From: Thermomonas sp.
GTDB taxonomy: Bacteria; Pseudomonadota; Gammaproteobacteria; Xanthomonadales; Xanthomonadaceae
Direction: 5' to 3'
Length of the DNA stretch: 64,000 bases
NCBI RefSeq assembly: GCF_041919455.1
Contig: NZ_JAYRTQ010000005.1
Coordinates: 33,079-97,078 of the forward strand
The stretch's first letter is position 1; each line of letters opens with the position of its first letter. Made by a program: the position numbers and the translations under genes. The notes under the pieces are model-generated. The model saw only the letters and a program-made list of their open reading frames with translations, was not told the DNA's origin and did not search any database. Positions 7,506 through 16,133 of the stretch are shown one piece after another.

Positions 7506-8632
7506 CCCTGCAGCTCAAACCCATCATGGCCTCGGCGCGCATCAAGCAGGAAGCGCTAGCCGACGCCGCCGGCATCAGCCGGCCCGCGCTGAGCGGCCTG
7601 ATCAACCACGGCGCGTTGCCGCGCCGCTACGACCGCGCCTCTGTCGAGGCCTGCATCACCAAGCACCTGCGCTTGCACGGCGTTGCCAACGCCGACGACT
7701 GGAAGCGCCCGATCGCCGTACCGCCCCAGGACAAACCCGAGGAGACCCTGGCCATGTTGTTGCGCAAAGTGAACCTGACGCCGCAAGCGAAGCGGCATTT
7801 CAACCTGGCCGGCAATCCGTTTGCCGATCCCACCACCGCGGAGGACGTGTTCCTCAGCCAGGACATCCGCTACGTGCGCGAGACCATGTACCAGGTGGCC
7901 CGCAACGGCGGCTTCATGGCCGTGATCGGCGAGAGCGGCGCGGGCAAGTCCACGCTGCGCGAGGAGCTGCAGGACCGCATCCGGCGCGAGGAACAGTCGG
8001 TGCTGGTGATCGAACCCTACGTGCTGGGCATGGAGGGTTCCGACACCATCGGCAAGACCCTGCGCGCGCAGCATATCGCCGAGGCGATCATGGCCACGGT
8101 CGACCCGCAGGCCAAGACCAAGAGCAGCCCGGAAGCGCGCTTCCGCCAGGTGCACGAGACGCTGCGCAACAGCAGCCGCGCCGGCCAGAGCCACGTGCTG
8201 GTGATCGAGGAAGCGCACAGCCTGCCGCTTGCCACGCTCAAGCACCTGAAGCGCTTCCGCGAACTCAAGGACGGGCTGCGCCCGCTGCTGTCGATCATCC
8301 TGATCGGCCAGCCGGAACTCGCCATCAAATTGAGCGAGCACAACCCGGAAGTGCGCGAGGTCGTGCAGCGCATCGAGATCGTCACGTTGCCGCCGCTGGG
8401 CCCGCACCTGGGCGACTACCTGGCGCACCGCTTCAAGCGCATCGGCATGCCGGTGGACAAGGTGCTGGCCAGCGGGGCGCTGGAAGCACTGCGCACGCGC
8501 CTGGCAGGCCCGCGCGGTGATGTCTCCCTGCTGTACCCGCTGGCCGTGCACAACGCGCTTGCGGCCGCCATGAACCGCGCCGCCGACCTGGGCGTGCCGC
8601 TGGTGAATGCCGACCTGGTCAAGGGAGGCTGA
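7502..8632 (+). CDS. Mu B-like AAA+ ATPase transposition protein
   Basis: 376 aa. Walker A GESGAGKST, Walker B VLVIEEAH. N-terminal HTH-like region. Confidence 0.85.
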   Translation: MTLQLKPIMASARIKQEALADAAGISRPALSGLINHGALPRRYDRASVEACITKHLRLHGVANADDWKRPIAVPPQDKPEETLAMLLRKVNLTPQAKRHFNLAGNPFADPTTAEDVFLSQDIRYVRETMYQVARNGGFMAVIGESGAGKSTLREELQDRIRREEQSVLVIEPYVLGMEGSDTIGKTLRAQHIAEAIMATVDPQAKTKSSPEARFRQVHETLRNSSRAGQSHVLVIEEAHSLPLATLKHLKRFRELKDGLRPLLSIILIGQPELAIKLSEHNPEVREVVQRIEIVTLPPLGPHLGDYLAHRFKRIGMPVDKVLASGALEALRTRLAGPRGDVSLLYPLAVHNALAAAMNRAADLGVPLVNADLVKGG

Positions 8633-8633
8633 C

Positions 8634-8837
8634 ATGCGCGCACAAACCATCCTGTGGTCGACCTTCCTGCTGCTGGTCGCGGTGGTGTCTGGCGTGCTGG
8701 TGGGCCGGCAGCTGTACGCCGGCGCGCTGCCCAGCATGCTGGTCTGGCTGTTGAACTGGTGCATCTGCGTGGCGCTGCTGATCGGCATCAACCAGCGCGT
8801 GCAGCGCGAAGGTGCCTGGTGCGAGGCCCGCCGATGA
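8634..8837 (+). CDS. small 2-TM membrane protein
   Basis: MRAQTILWSTFLLLVAVVSGVLVGRQ...; TGACATG junction with B. Confidence 0.45.
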   Translation: MRAQTILWSTFLLLVAVVSGVLVGRQLYAGALPSMLVWLLNWCICVALLIGINQRVQREGAWCEARR

Positions 8838-9091
8838 GCGCCTCCACCTTCGCGGAGCGCTGCACGCAGCCGCAGCGCGATTTCATCCGCACGCTGCTTG
8901 AACGCGCGGAGCTGTCAATCGACCGCTTCAGCTATTCGCACCGCCCGGTGTTCAAGGCCGCGCGCCTGCCGGAGCCAGCGTTCGGTGAATCCGTCGACCT
9001 GTCCCTGCGCAACATGGACAAGGCCGAAGCCTCCCGCCTGATCGATGCGCTCAAGCAGCACGTGGGCGTCGACGACGAGGACGACGACTGA
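8834..9091 (+). CDS. hypothetical early protein (85 aa, acidic C-terminus)
   Basis: MSASTFAERCTQPQRDFIRTLLERAELSID...DDEDDD; ATGA overlap. Confidence 0.5.
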   Translation: MSASTFAERCTQPQRDFIRTLLERAELSIDRFSYSHRPVFKAARLPEPAFGESVDLSLRNMDKAEASRLIDALKQHVGVDDEDDD

Positions 9092-9324
9092 TGGCCGCGC
9101 AGCCGCGCCTTGCGGTGGGGCAAACCCACTGGCCATCGGAGCGTGTATTCGTGCTGCTCACGCCCACAGGCGCGATTGCGCGCGAGGGGGGGGTGCCAAT
9201 GTTTTTCACGGATCAGAACGCCGCGCTGGACGCACTCAAGCCCGGCTACTTCATCGCCGCCATCGACGTGTTTCGCGTCGTGGTGATCGCGGCGATGGCA
9301 CCCACCACCGGGAGTCCTGACTGA
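9091..9324 (+). CDS. hypothetical early protein (77 aa)
   Basis: TGATG overlap with upstream gene. Confidence 0.45.
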   Translation: MAAQPRLAVGQTHWPSERVFVLLTPTGAIAREGGVPMFFTDQNAALDALKPGYFIAAIDVFRVVVIAAMAPTTGSPD

Positions 9325-9725
9325 TGCAACTGGCCCTGCTCCCGCGCGAGATCACACCTGAAACCGTCACCGAGGCGCTGGAAAAGCGCGTCGGTGCAGT
9401 GAACGGCGCGAGCGTGCGCGAGCTGGCCAGCGAAGTGCTGGGCCGCCCTGCAACGGCCAACGACGAGCGCCGCCTGCGCCTGGTGGTGGTGCAACTGCGC
9501 CGCGCCGGCTACCCGCTCTGCGCAACGCCGGACGAGGGCTACCACAAGGCCGCCAACGCGGCCGATCTGCAACGCACCTGCGTGCACCTGGTGCACCGGC
9601 TTGAAACCACCTCTGAGTGTGTTGCCGCGATGTTGCGCATCGCCGCGCCCGAGCTCTACGGCCAATTCGGCCTGCCGATTCCCGCCGCCAAACCCGAGGA
9701 CACCACCGATGAACACGGCGACTGA
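9324..9725 (+). CDS. hypothetical early protein (133 aa)
   Basis: TGATG overlap. No domain recognised. Confidence 0.5.
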   Translation: MQLALLPREITPETVTEALEKRVGAVNGASVRELASEVLGRPATANDERRLRLVVVQLRRAGYPLCATPDEGYHKAANAADLQRTCVHLVHRLETTSECVAAMLRIAAPELYGQFGLPIPAAKPEDTTDEHGD

Positions 9726-10092
9726 TACCCACAACGTCCTGCGCACGCGCGCGATCGCGGACGCGCTGGCCACCGCCCGCGAGACGATCCGCAACCTGGA
9801 ACAGCAGGGCATCACCGTGTTCGCGGTGAGCGCTACCGGCCGCCAGCCGACGCTGTTCGTCGACCGCATGCCGGAAGGCGTTGCGAGCGTGATCAAGCGC
9901 CACAGCCCAACCGCCGCTGGTCGCGAAGTGATCCGCGCTGCACCGTTCCAGGGCTGCCAGCTGGAAACGATGCGCGAGGAAATGGATAACCGCGTGAATC
10001 ACGCATTCGCGCTTGCGCGTGGGGCGGTGATCGCGGATCGGGTTGTCAGCGAAATCTTCGCGCCGCGCCTGCAGGCGGTGCCCCGTGACTGA
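9709..10092 (+). CDS. hypothetical early protein (127 aa)
   Basis: MNTATDTHNVLRTRAIADALA...; overlaps previous ORF end. Confidence 0.5.
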   Translation: MNTATDTHNVLRTRAIADALATARETIRNLEQQGITVFAVSATGRQPTLFVDRMPEGVASVIKRHSPTAAGREVIRAAPFQGCQLETMREEMDNRVNHAFALARGAVIADRVVSEIFAPRLQAVPRD

Positions 10093-10603
10093 GCCGCGCA
10101 ACCGCATGCTGTCGCACCCCGGCGAGGCCAAGTTACGCAAGGCCTACGGGATGCTGTCCAGCTGGACCACCAAGGGCCTGCAGAACCGATTGCTGGAAGA
10201 GGACATCGGCGTGTCGTCGGTGAACGCGGCCAACAACCTGATCGATGCCGGCATGAACGCTGGCCTGCTGGAACGCACGGGCACGCACGGCAATTACATC
10301 TTCCGCCTCAACACCGACTGGCAGCGGCCCGAGTGGTCGCGCCCGGCCAATGGCTACGAACCGCGCACCCCGTTCGCACCGCGCACGCGTGAGCCCGTGC
10401 AGGCGCAGGAACGGCCGCTTCTGCCGCCATCCGGCACCTATGCCGGCCCAGCGTTCGGCAACGGCCCGCTTGCGCCACACATCGGCCTGCGTTGCGCCGT
10501 GCGCGGCCTGGACAACGACGGCGAACTGCTGCCGTGCATTGGCGGCGCGATCGTCGATGGCCTGAATTCGCAGTTCCACCAAATGTTCGGGCGATTGGAG
10601 TAG
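10085..10603 (+). CDS. hypothetical early protein (~170 aa)
   Basis: GTG at 10085 (GTGA overlap) or ATG at 10106 (MLSHPGEAKLRKAYGMLSSW...). Confidence 0.5.
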   Translation: MTEPRNRMLSHPGEAKLRKAYGMLSSWTTKGLQNRLLEEDIGVSSVNAANNLIDAGMNAGLLERTGTHGNYIFRLNTDWQRPEWSRPANGYEPRTPFAPRTREPVQAQERPLLPPSGTYAGPAFGNGPLAPHIGLRCAVRGLDNDGELLPCIGGAIVDGLNSQFHQMFGRLE

Positions 10604-10606
10604 TCC

Positions 10607-10882
10607 ATGCGCCGGAACGGACGGCCACGTCAGGACCGCTTGCGCGCCATGCGCTTCGCGCTGTGGGCGCAGAACGTCGCGCCGCACCTGCTGACCGTCA
10701 AGCAAGTCAGCGGCCTGCTGGACCTGAGCGAATGCTCCGCGCGCCTCTGGCTGCGCGACTACCAGCTGGCCGCCTCGCCGATGTTCGTGCACGGCATTCC
10801 GCCGTTTCTCACACCGCATTCCGAGACCCCTTTCACCGCACCGGCGGCAATCGGTACGGCGCACACGACCAGCAGGAGTTAG
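10607..10882 (+). CDS. hypothetical protein with HTH-like segment (91 aa)
   Basis: ...LLTVKQVSGLLDLSECSARLWLRDYQ... resembles an excisionase/MerR-type HTH. Confidence 0.4.
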   Translation: MRRNGRPRQDRLRAMRFALWAQNVAPHLLTVKQVSGLLDLSECSARLWLRDYQLAASPMFVHGIPPFLTPHSETPFTAPAAIGTAHTTSRS

Positions 10883-10885
10883 ACC

Positions 10886-11509
10886 ATGCAGCACACCACC
10901 CATGAAATCCCCGCCGGCTACCGCCAGGACGCCCGCGGCCACCTGATCCCTGAAGAGCAGATCAAGCCCATCGACCTGGCACGCGACCAGCTGGTGCTGG
11001 ACATCGTCGGACGCGCCAGCACGCTCGCCACCCAGCTGCAGACGTTCAAGCGCAGCGCCTTCGACGACATCGAAGCCCTGGTCTCGCTCAGCGCCGAGCA
11101 GTACGGCGTGAACATGGGCGGCAAGAAGGGCAACGTGCAGCTGGTCAGTTTCGACGGCCGCTACAAGGTGCTGCGCGCCATCGCCGACCGCATCACCTTC
11201 GACGAGCGTCTGCAGGCCGCCAAGGTGCTGATCGACGAGTGCCTCAACGACTGGACCGACAAGGGGCCGGGCGAGCTGCGCGTGATCGTGCAGGACGCCT
11301 TCGACGTGGACAAGGCCGGCAACATCAACGTCGGCAAGATCCTGAGCCTGCGCCGCCACAAGATCGACGATCCGCGCTGGAAGCGCGCGATGGATGCCAT
11401 CAGCGACGCGGTCCAGGTCATCGGCACCACGCCTTACCTGCGCGTGTACGAGCGCGTGGGCAACAGCGACAAGTACCAGCTGCTCAACCTCGACGTGGCG
11501 GGTGCGTGA
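10886..11509 (+). CDS. DUF3164-like Mu-type phage protein
   Basis: 207 aa. Pattern recalled for DUF3164 proteins of Mu-like prophages (IPAGYR...GHLIPEEQIKPID...VSFDGRYKV...). Recognition from memory only. Confidence 0.55.
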   Translation: MQHTTHEIPAGYRQDARGHLIPEEQIKPIDLARDQLVLDIVGRASTLATQLQTFKRSAFDDIEALVSLSAEQYGVNMGGKKGNVQLVSFDGRYKVLRAIADRITFDERLQAAKVLIDECLNDWTDKGPGELRVIVQDAFDVDKAGNINVGKILSLRRHKIDDPRWKRAMDAISDAVQVIGTTPYLRVYERVGNSDKYQLLNLDVAGA

Positions 11510-11790
11510 TGGCCGCCGTCAAACCCCGCGCGTACCCGGCGAAGGGCGCCGCCGGCAACCGCAAGCAAGAGGCGTTGCCGGGCACGCTGGAAGTGTTGGT
11601 GACCAATGATGCCGACGGCTTCCACGCCTCTGCGCGCAAGAAGGTCGCCAGCGGGCATTCGTCGTCCTGGGCGGTGCGCCGGCTGGCCGGGCTGCTGGGC
11701 TACAGCAAGCACGCCGACGTGGTCTACATCGGCCCGCGCGATGGGCAGATGGTGTTCCGGATCGTGGAGGTGATGCCGTGCACGCAATAA
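11509..11790 (+). CDS. hypothetical early protein (93 aa)
   Basis: TGATG overlap with DUF3164 gene. Confidence 0.5.
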   Translation: MAAVKPRAYPAKGAAGNRKQEALPGTLEVLVTNDADGFHASARKKVASGHSSSWAVRRLAGLLGYSKHADVVYIGPRDGQMVFRIVEVMPCTQ

Positions 11791-12209
11791 CCCCGAGCGC
11801 GGGCCATCCGCGTGAGCCGGACTGCGATGCCGGCACCATCGCCGACTGCGAAGCGCGCTTCACCGGCCCCAACTTCGGCATGCATCCGGTCAACGCGGCC
11901 AACCGCGAGCGCAGCATGCGCACGCTCAATCTGGCGACGGTGATCGCCTGCGATGTGGTCTCCGACGTGATCGCCAACAACGCGGTGTCGATCAAGGTCG
12001 ACGGCTACTACTGGTTCGACATCAACCGGCCGGCACTGGCGGAACCGGACATGGGTGGCTTCTGGACCACAGAGGAAATCGCGGAGTGCAAGCAGCGCAT
12101 CGATCGCGCAGTGCAGTACATCGAGCTGCGCGAACCGGATGCCTTCCCGTCGCGCTTCATCCGCCACCCCGACCAACCGCACCTGGTGCGCTTCGAGGCC
12201 AAGCCATGA
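11778..12209 (+). CDS. hypothetical protein, paralog 1 (C-terminus ...HLVRFEAKP)
   Basis: Start uncertain (GTG 11778 / ATG 11880 / ATG 11916). Confidence 0.45.
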   Translation: MHAITPSAGHPREPDCDAGTIADCEARFTGPNFGMHPVNAANRERSMRTLNLATVIACDVVSDVIANNAVSIKVDGYYWFDINRPALAEPDMGGFWTTEEIAECKQRIDRAVQYIELREPDAFPSRFIRHPDQPHLVRFEAKP

Positions 12210-12463
12210 CCCTGTCCGAGCTGTACGGCAAGCCGCCCGGCGTGAGCGACGATCAAGCCCGCCGCACCATCGAGTTCTGCTGCCCGGTCGCCGTCGAGGA
12301 CGGCACCGAGTGGTACGACATGGAAGCCGTCGCCAACCTCAACCTGGACGACGTGATCGCGGCCTTCCGCTGGCTGGAAGAGCGCGGCGAAGCCACGATC
12401 GGCTTTCGCGTGGTGCGCGATCTCAACCGCCCGAATCTGATTCGGTTCGAGGTGCGGCCGTGA
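12206..12463 (+). CDS. hypothetical protein, paralog 2 (C-terminus ...NLIRFEVRP)
   Basis: 85 aa, MTLSELYGKPPGVSDD...; ATGA overlap. C-terminal third aligns with the preceding gene product. Confidence 0.5.
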   Translation: MTLSELYGKPPGVSDDQARRTIEFCCPVAVEDGTEWYDMEAVANLNLDDVIAAFRWLEERGEATIGFRVVRDLNRPNLIRFEVRP

Positions 12464-12702
12464 AAGAGAAAGACGTGCAACGACTGATCGCGCTCGCGGT
12501 CTACACCGTCATTTTCCTGATCCTTGTTGCGATCTCCGTGATCACCAGCAGCGCCGGCTGCTGGGCGCGGTGGGAAGACAGCGGCATGCGCAGCAAGTGG
12601 GGGCCAATCGCCGGGTGCCGCGTGCAGCGCGCTGACGGCAAGTGGATTCCCAGCGAGAACCTCCGCGATATGGACCTGCAATCGCGCGAGGTGCGGCCGT
12701 GA
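12463..12702 (+). CDS. small membrane protein (79 aa, 1 TM)
   Basis: GTG in GTGA overlap. ...LIALAVYTVIFLILVAISVI... Confidence 0.45.
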   Translation, partial: KEKDVQRLIALAVYTVIFLILVAISVITSSAGCWARWEDSGMRSKWGPIAGCRVQRADGKWIPSENLRDMDLQSREVRP

Positions 12703-12947
12703 ATGCCGGTGAAGTGCTCGCGTTCGTCCTGCTCAGCATCCTGCTTGGCATGGCGGGCGGGATTCTCAAGATGGCAGTCGATGGCTCGAACGCACCACGC
12801 CTGGTCGCATTCGGCGCGCTCGGTGGCCTGATTGCCTCTTCGATGATGGGGCTCCAGTTCATCGGGTTGATCGACATCGTGCTTCTCGTGCTGTGCGGCT
12901 TCCTGGCGGCCGATGTGTTCGAGGCGATGACAGTGGAGCGCCGCTGA
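12699..12947 (+). CDS. small membrane protein (82 aa, 2-3 TM)
   Basis: GTG in GTGA overlap. Hydrophobic throughout. Confidence 0.45.
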   Translation: MNAGEVLAFVLLSILLGMAGGILKMAVDGSNAPRLVAFGALGGLIASSMMGLQFIGLIDIVLLVLCGFLAADVFEAMTVERR

Positions 12948-12948
12948 C

Positions 12949-13854
12949 ATGTTCTTCCGCGCCCTGACCATGTTCCGCTTCCCGTCAACGATGGACCTCA
13001 CCGACCTGGACGCATGCCTGAGCGAATGCGCGCTCAAATCCGTCGGGCCGCTGGAGCTGCACAGCGTCGGCTTCGTGCCGCCGTTCGGCCACCACGGCGA
13101 TGCGATGTCGCACTGGTGCGGGCAAGCCATCTGGCTGACCGTGGGCATGGAGGAACGACTGTTGCCGGCAGCCGTGGTCAACAAGGCGCTGGATGACCGT
13201 CTGCAGGCCATCAAGGAGCGCGAGGGCCGCATGCCTGGCGGCCGCGCGCGCAGGCGCTTGAAGGATGACCTGATCAGTGAGTTGCTGCCGCGTTCGCACG
13301 TGCGCGCCACCCGCGTGGATGCGCTACTGGACACGCACCACAACGTGATCGCCGTGGACACCAGCAGCCGACGCACCGCGGAGATGGTGGTGAGCGAGAT
13401 CCGCCGCGCCTTGGGCAGCTTCCCCGCACTGGCGCTCAATGCCGAGGTCGCGCCGCGCGCCATCCTGACCGGCTGGGTTGCCGGCGAAGCGCGCCCGCAA
13501 GGCCTGGAACTGGCCGAGGACTGCACGCTCCAAGACCCCACCGACACCGGCGCGAAGGTGAAGGTCTACCGCGTCGACCTGGGCAGCGACGAGATCGAGA
13601 AACACCTGGAAACCGGCCGCCAGATCACCTGCCTGTCGCTGGTGCTGCACGACAGCGTGGCCTTCGACATCGACGAGCGCCTGATCGTGCGCAAGTTCAA
13701 GCTGCTGGACGGCGCGATCGACCGGCTGGAAAGCACCGAGCGCAGCGACATCGCCGCCGAGCTGGACGCCCGCTTCGCGCTGATGGCCGGCGAATTCGGC
13801 CGGCTGTTCGACGTGCTGGAAGCGGCGTTCAAGATCAGCAGGGCGGACGCGTGA
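12949..13854 (+). CDS. rdgC: recombination-associated protein RdgC homolog
   Basis: 301 aa. MFFRALTMFRF..., VGFVPPFGHHGDAMSH, ARFALMAGEFGRLFDVL align with E. coli RdgC (MLWFKNLMVYRL..., MGWVPPMGSHSDALTH, ...FILMTGELAALIQNL). Confidence 0.8.
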   Translation: MFFRALTMFRFPSTMDLTDLDACLSECALKSVGPLELHSVGFVPPFGHHGDAMSHWCGQAIWLTVGMEERLLPAAVVNKALDDRLQAIKEREGRMPGGRARRRLKDDLISELLPRSHVRATRVDALLDTHHNVIAVDTSSRRTAEMVVSEIRRALGSFPALALNAEVAPRAILTGWVAGEARPQGLELAEDCTLQDPTDTGAKVKVYRVDLGSDEIEKHLETGRQITCLSLVLHDSVAFDIDERLIVRKFKLLDGAIDRLESTERSDIAAELDARFALMAGEFGRLFDVLEAAFKISRADA

Positions 13855-14156
13855 TGGTCGATAAAGCGCACAGCGACAGCCTCGCCAGCATGCTCGAAGG
13901 CGAGTGGAAGCCGATTCGTCACCTGACCTTTGCCCAAGGCGTCGCGGCCGCTTCCATCCTGCGTGCGTACCTCGTCGACGAACCGCTGCGGGCATTGGAG
14001 GCCGCGACGCGCCTGGTGCAATCCCACCCATCGGCGGACGTCGCAGATTGCTTCTGCGATGGCATCGCAATGGCGCTGAGCCTGAGGCCCGAAGAGCGGC
14101 CAGGGGCACTCGTGCGGATGCACTCGAATTGCCAGTTTGCAGCCGGGGCATCGTGA
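13851..14156 (+). CDS. hypothetical protein (101 aa)
   Basis: GTGATG junction with rdgC. Confidence 0.45.
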   Translation: MMVDKAHSDSLASMLEGEWKPIRHLTFAQGVAAASILRAYLVDEPLRALEAATRLVQSHPSADVADCFCDGIAMALSLRPEERPGALVRMHSNCQFAAGAS

Positions 14157-14509
14157 TGGATCGGACAGCCATGAAAGCGCCTAGCGTCACCGAGCAGATG
14201 AAGGCCGAGGAAGGCACCGAGCGCGTGCAGCGCGCGATGGCCGCGCAGGACTACGATCCTGCCGCGCCGCGGTGCGCCACCTGCGTCTATTTCAAGCACG
14301 AGCCGCTGGTCCGGCTGGTCGAGCGCACGCTGGACAGCCGCCACGGCAAGAAGACCCGCAAGGTCATGGTCCGGCTGCGTCCGCACCCCACCCGCAACCC
14401 GATGGTCGACCGCTGCACCTTCGGCAACTTCCTGGTGAAGCCGGCCGGCGTCTGCAACGAATGGCACAGCCGCAGCGGCGAGCGCATCGCGCTGGAGACC
14501 GCGCCATGA
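14156..14509 (+). CDS. Cys-rich hypothetical protein (117 aa; CxxC...C...C, possible zinc binding)
   Basis: ...PRCATCVYFKHE...DRCTFGNFLVKPAGVCNEWH... Confidence 0.5.
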   Translation: MDRTAMKAPSVTEQMKAEEGTERVQRAMAAQDYDPAAPRCATCVYFKHEPLVRLVERTLDSRHGKKTRKVMVRLRPHPTRNPMVDRCTFGNFLVKPAGVCNEWHSRSGERIALETAP

Positions 14510-14919
14510 AGGCGCTCAGCATCCTGCAGCCTTGGGCGTGGCTGATCGCAAACGGCCACAAGGACATCGAGAACCGCTGCTGGCGGACGCATTTTCGCGG
14601 CCAGTTCCTGGTGCATGCCGGAAAGCGCTGGGGTACTGAACAACGCGAGGATCTGGCGCGCGTCCGAGCTGCCTTCCCGCACATCCCATTGCCGGAGTCG
14701 TTCGACCTTGGCGGCCTTGTTGGGCAAGCCCGCATCGTTGATTGCGTGGATGACCACACGAGCCCGTGGTTCGTGGGTGAGTTCGGTTTCGTCATCGCCG
14801 ATGCGTCTCCGCTGCCGTTCACCCCATGCCGCGGGATGCTGAATTTCTTCACGCCGGCACTGGCCAGGCACCAGATGCCTTGCCTGATGGGGCCATACCT
14901 TTCGAGGCACGGACCATGA
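14506..14919 (+). CDS. ASCH-domain protein (prophage type)
   Basis: MKALSILQPWAWLIANGHKDIENRCWRTHFRGQFLVHAGKRW matches the common prophage ASCH N-terminus. Confidence 0.65.
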   Translation: MKALSILQPWAWLIANGHKDIENRCWRTHFRGQFLVHAGKRWGTEQREDLARVRAAFPHIPLPESFDLGGLVGQARIVDCVDDHTSPWFVGEFGFVIADASPLPFTPCRGMLNFFTPALARHQMPCLMGPYLSRHGP

Positions 14920-15383
14920 CCCGCGCCGCCACCAACGCCGCCAAGACCCGCAAGCGCGTCCTGGGCGCCATCCACATCGCGGCCAAGCAGCTCGGCTTGG
15001 ACGAGGAGACTTATCGCAGCCTGATCGCGCGCGTGAGCGCCGAGCACGGCGCCGAGCAGACCTCGTGCGCCACCTGCACGCCGGCCCAACTGAACGCCGT
15101 TGCCAACGAGCTGCGGCGGATCAGCGGGAAGCCAGCTCACGCCGCGCAGAATGCGCAAAAGTGGGCCGGCAAGCCGAAGGGCGACCTGTCGCCGCAGCTG
15201 GCCAAGATCGAGGCGCTGCTGGCCGATGCGGGCCGGGAATGGGCCTACGCCCACGGCCTGACGAAAAAGCTTTGCAAAGGCGTCGCCCGCGTCGAGTGGT
15301 GCAACCAGGACCAGCTCGCCAAGGTGATCGCCGCGCTCCAGATCGACGCCGACCGACGCGCCCGGAGGGCCGCCACCGAGTGA
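14916..15383 (+). CDS. gemA: GemA-like (Mu gp16 / DUF1018) regulatory protein
   Basis: ...RKRVLGAIHIAAKQLGLDEETYRSLIARVSAEHG... pattern of GemA family. Position immediately before mor, as in Mu. Confidence 0.65.
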   Translation: MTRAATNAAKTRKRVLGAIHIAAKQLGLDEETYRSLIARVSAEHGAEQTSCATCTPAQLNAVANELRRISGKPAHAAQNAQKWAGKPKGDLSPQLAKIEALLADAGREWAYAHGLTKKLCKGVARVEWCNQDQLAKVIAALQIDADRRARRAATE

Positions 15384-15727
15384 GCCGCTACGCCAACCGC
15401 CACGAGTTCTTCGCCTCGGTCGACGAGGTAGTCCAGCGCCTGCTGGAAGAGAACGGCATCGACGCCGCGCTGTGCGAACAGTGCGGCGCCGCCGTGGCGG
15501 ATGGCATTGCGGCCGAGTGGGCGTCGCAGGAGATCTACGTGCCGCAGGACGCCAGCTACAAGCTGAGCAAGCGCGAGGCCGAGGCGCTCCGCCAGATCCG
15601 GGAGGGCACACCGAAGGACCAGGTGCGCCGCAACTTCAACATGTCCCGGCAGGGCTTTGCGCGCCTGCTGAAGCGCGCCCACGCCCGCGATCGCCACCTC
15701 GATCAGGGTAAGCTGTTCGAGGCCTGA
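15380..15727 (+). CDS. mor: Mor/C-family transcriptional activator (middle/late gene activator)
   Basis: 116 aa. C-terminal ...EIYVPQ...EALRQIREGTPKDQVRRNFNMSRQGFARLLKR matches Mu Mor (...QVYIPRG...IRDLRIWNDFNGRNVSELTTRYGVTFNTVYKAIRR). GTGA overlap. Confidence 0.7.
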   Translation: MSRYANRHEFFASVDEVVQRLLEENGIDAALCEQCGAAVADGIAAEWASQEIYVPQDASYKLSKREAEALRQIREGTPKDQVRRNFNMSRQGFARLLKRAHARDRHLDQGKLFEA

Positions 15728-15737
15728 GGAGGGCGCT

Positions 15738-15962
15738 ATGGAACTGGTCAGCTCGAACGAGGCATGGCAGGCCGCCATCAACCAGATGAAGGCCCAGCAC
15801 GGATATCCGCCGCGTAAGGCGAGGGTCGGGATCGACTACGCAAAAGAGTTGTTCCGGCTGGTCTCCCCACAGACCAAGGCCACCGAGGCCGAGTTCCTGG
15901 CCGCGATCGAAAAGGGTGGCGTGAGGTTCAACGAGGTCGAGCTGCAGGCAGGCTGGGTTTGA
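15738..15962 (+). CDS. hypothetical protein (74 aa), last gene of the prophage block
   Basis: Strong RBS GGAGGG before ATG. Confidence 0.55.
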   Translation: MELVSSNEAWQAAINQMKAQHGYPPRKARVGIDYAKELFRLVSPQTKATEAEFLAAIEKGGVRFNEVELQAGWV

Positions 15963-16133
15963 TTGCACCAGCCGCAACTTCATTGCACTGAGAGCCGCCG
16001 ACTTCCGACTTCTTCCGGGTTCTTCCGGCAAGATATCTCAGTGAAAGCCCCTGAATATCTCAATCACAGACAACCACCCACGTGGCGCGGGTCTTCCCTC
16101 CTTCATCCCCTCTCTCACATCCCCCCAAGGCCC

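Larger units (their letters stand above)
1..16133. mobile_element. Mu-like (transposable-phage-type) prophage or prophage remnant; left part runs off the window
   Basis: Contiguous phage block: holin/SLT-endolysin/Rz lysis cassette, XRE repressor divergent from Ner-like gene, MuA-like DDE transposase, MuB-like AAA+ ATPase, RdgC, ASCH, GemA-like, Mor/C-family activator. Genes almost all joined by overlapping stop/start codons. Block ends ~170 bp upstream of host lysAC. Confidence 0.6.
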
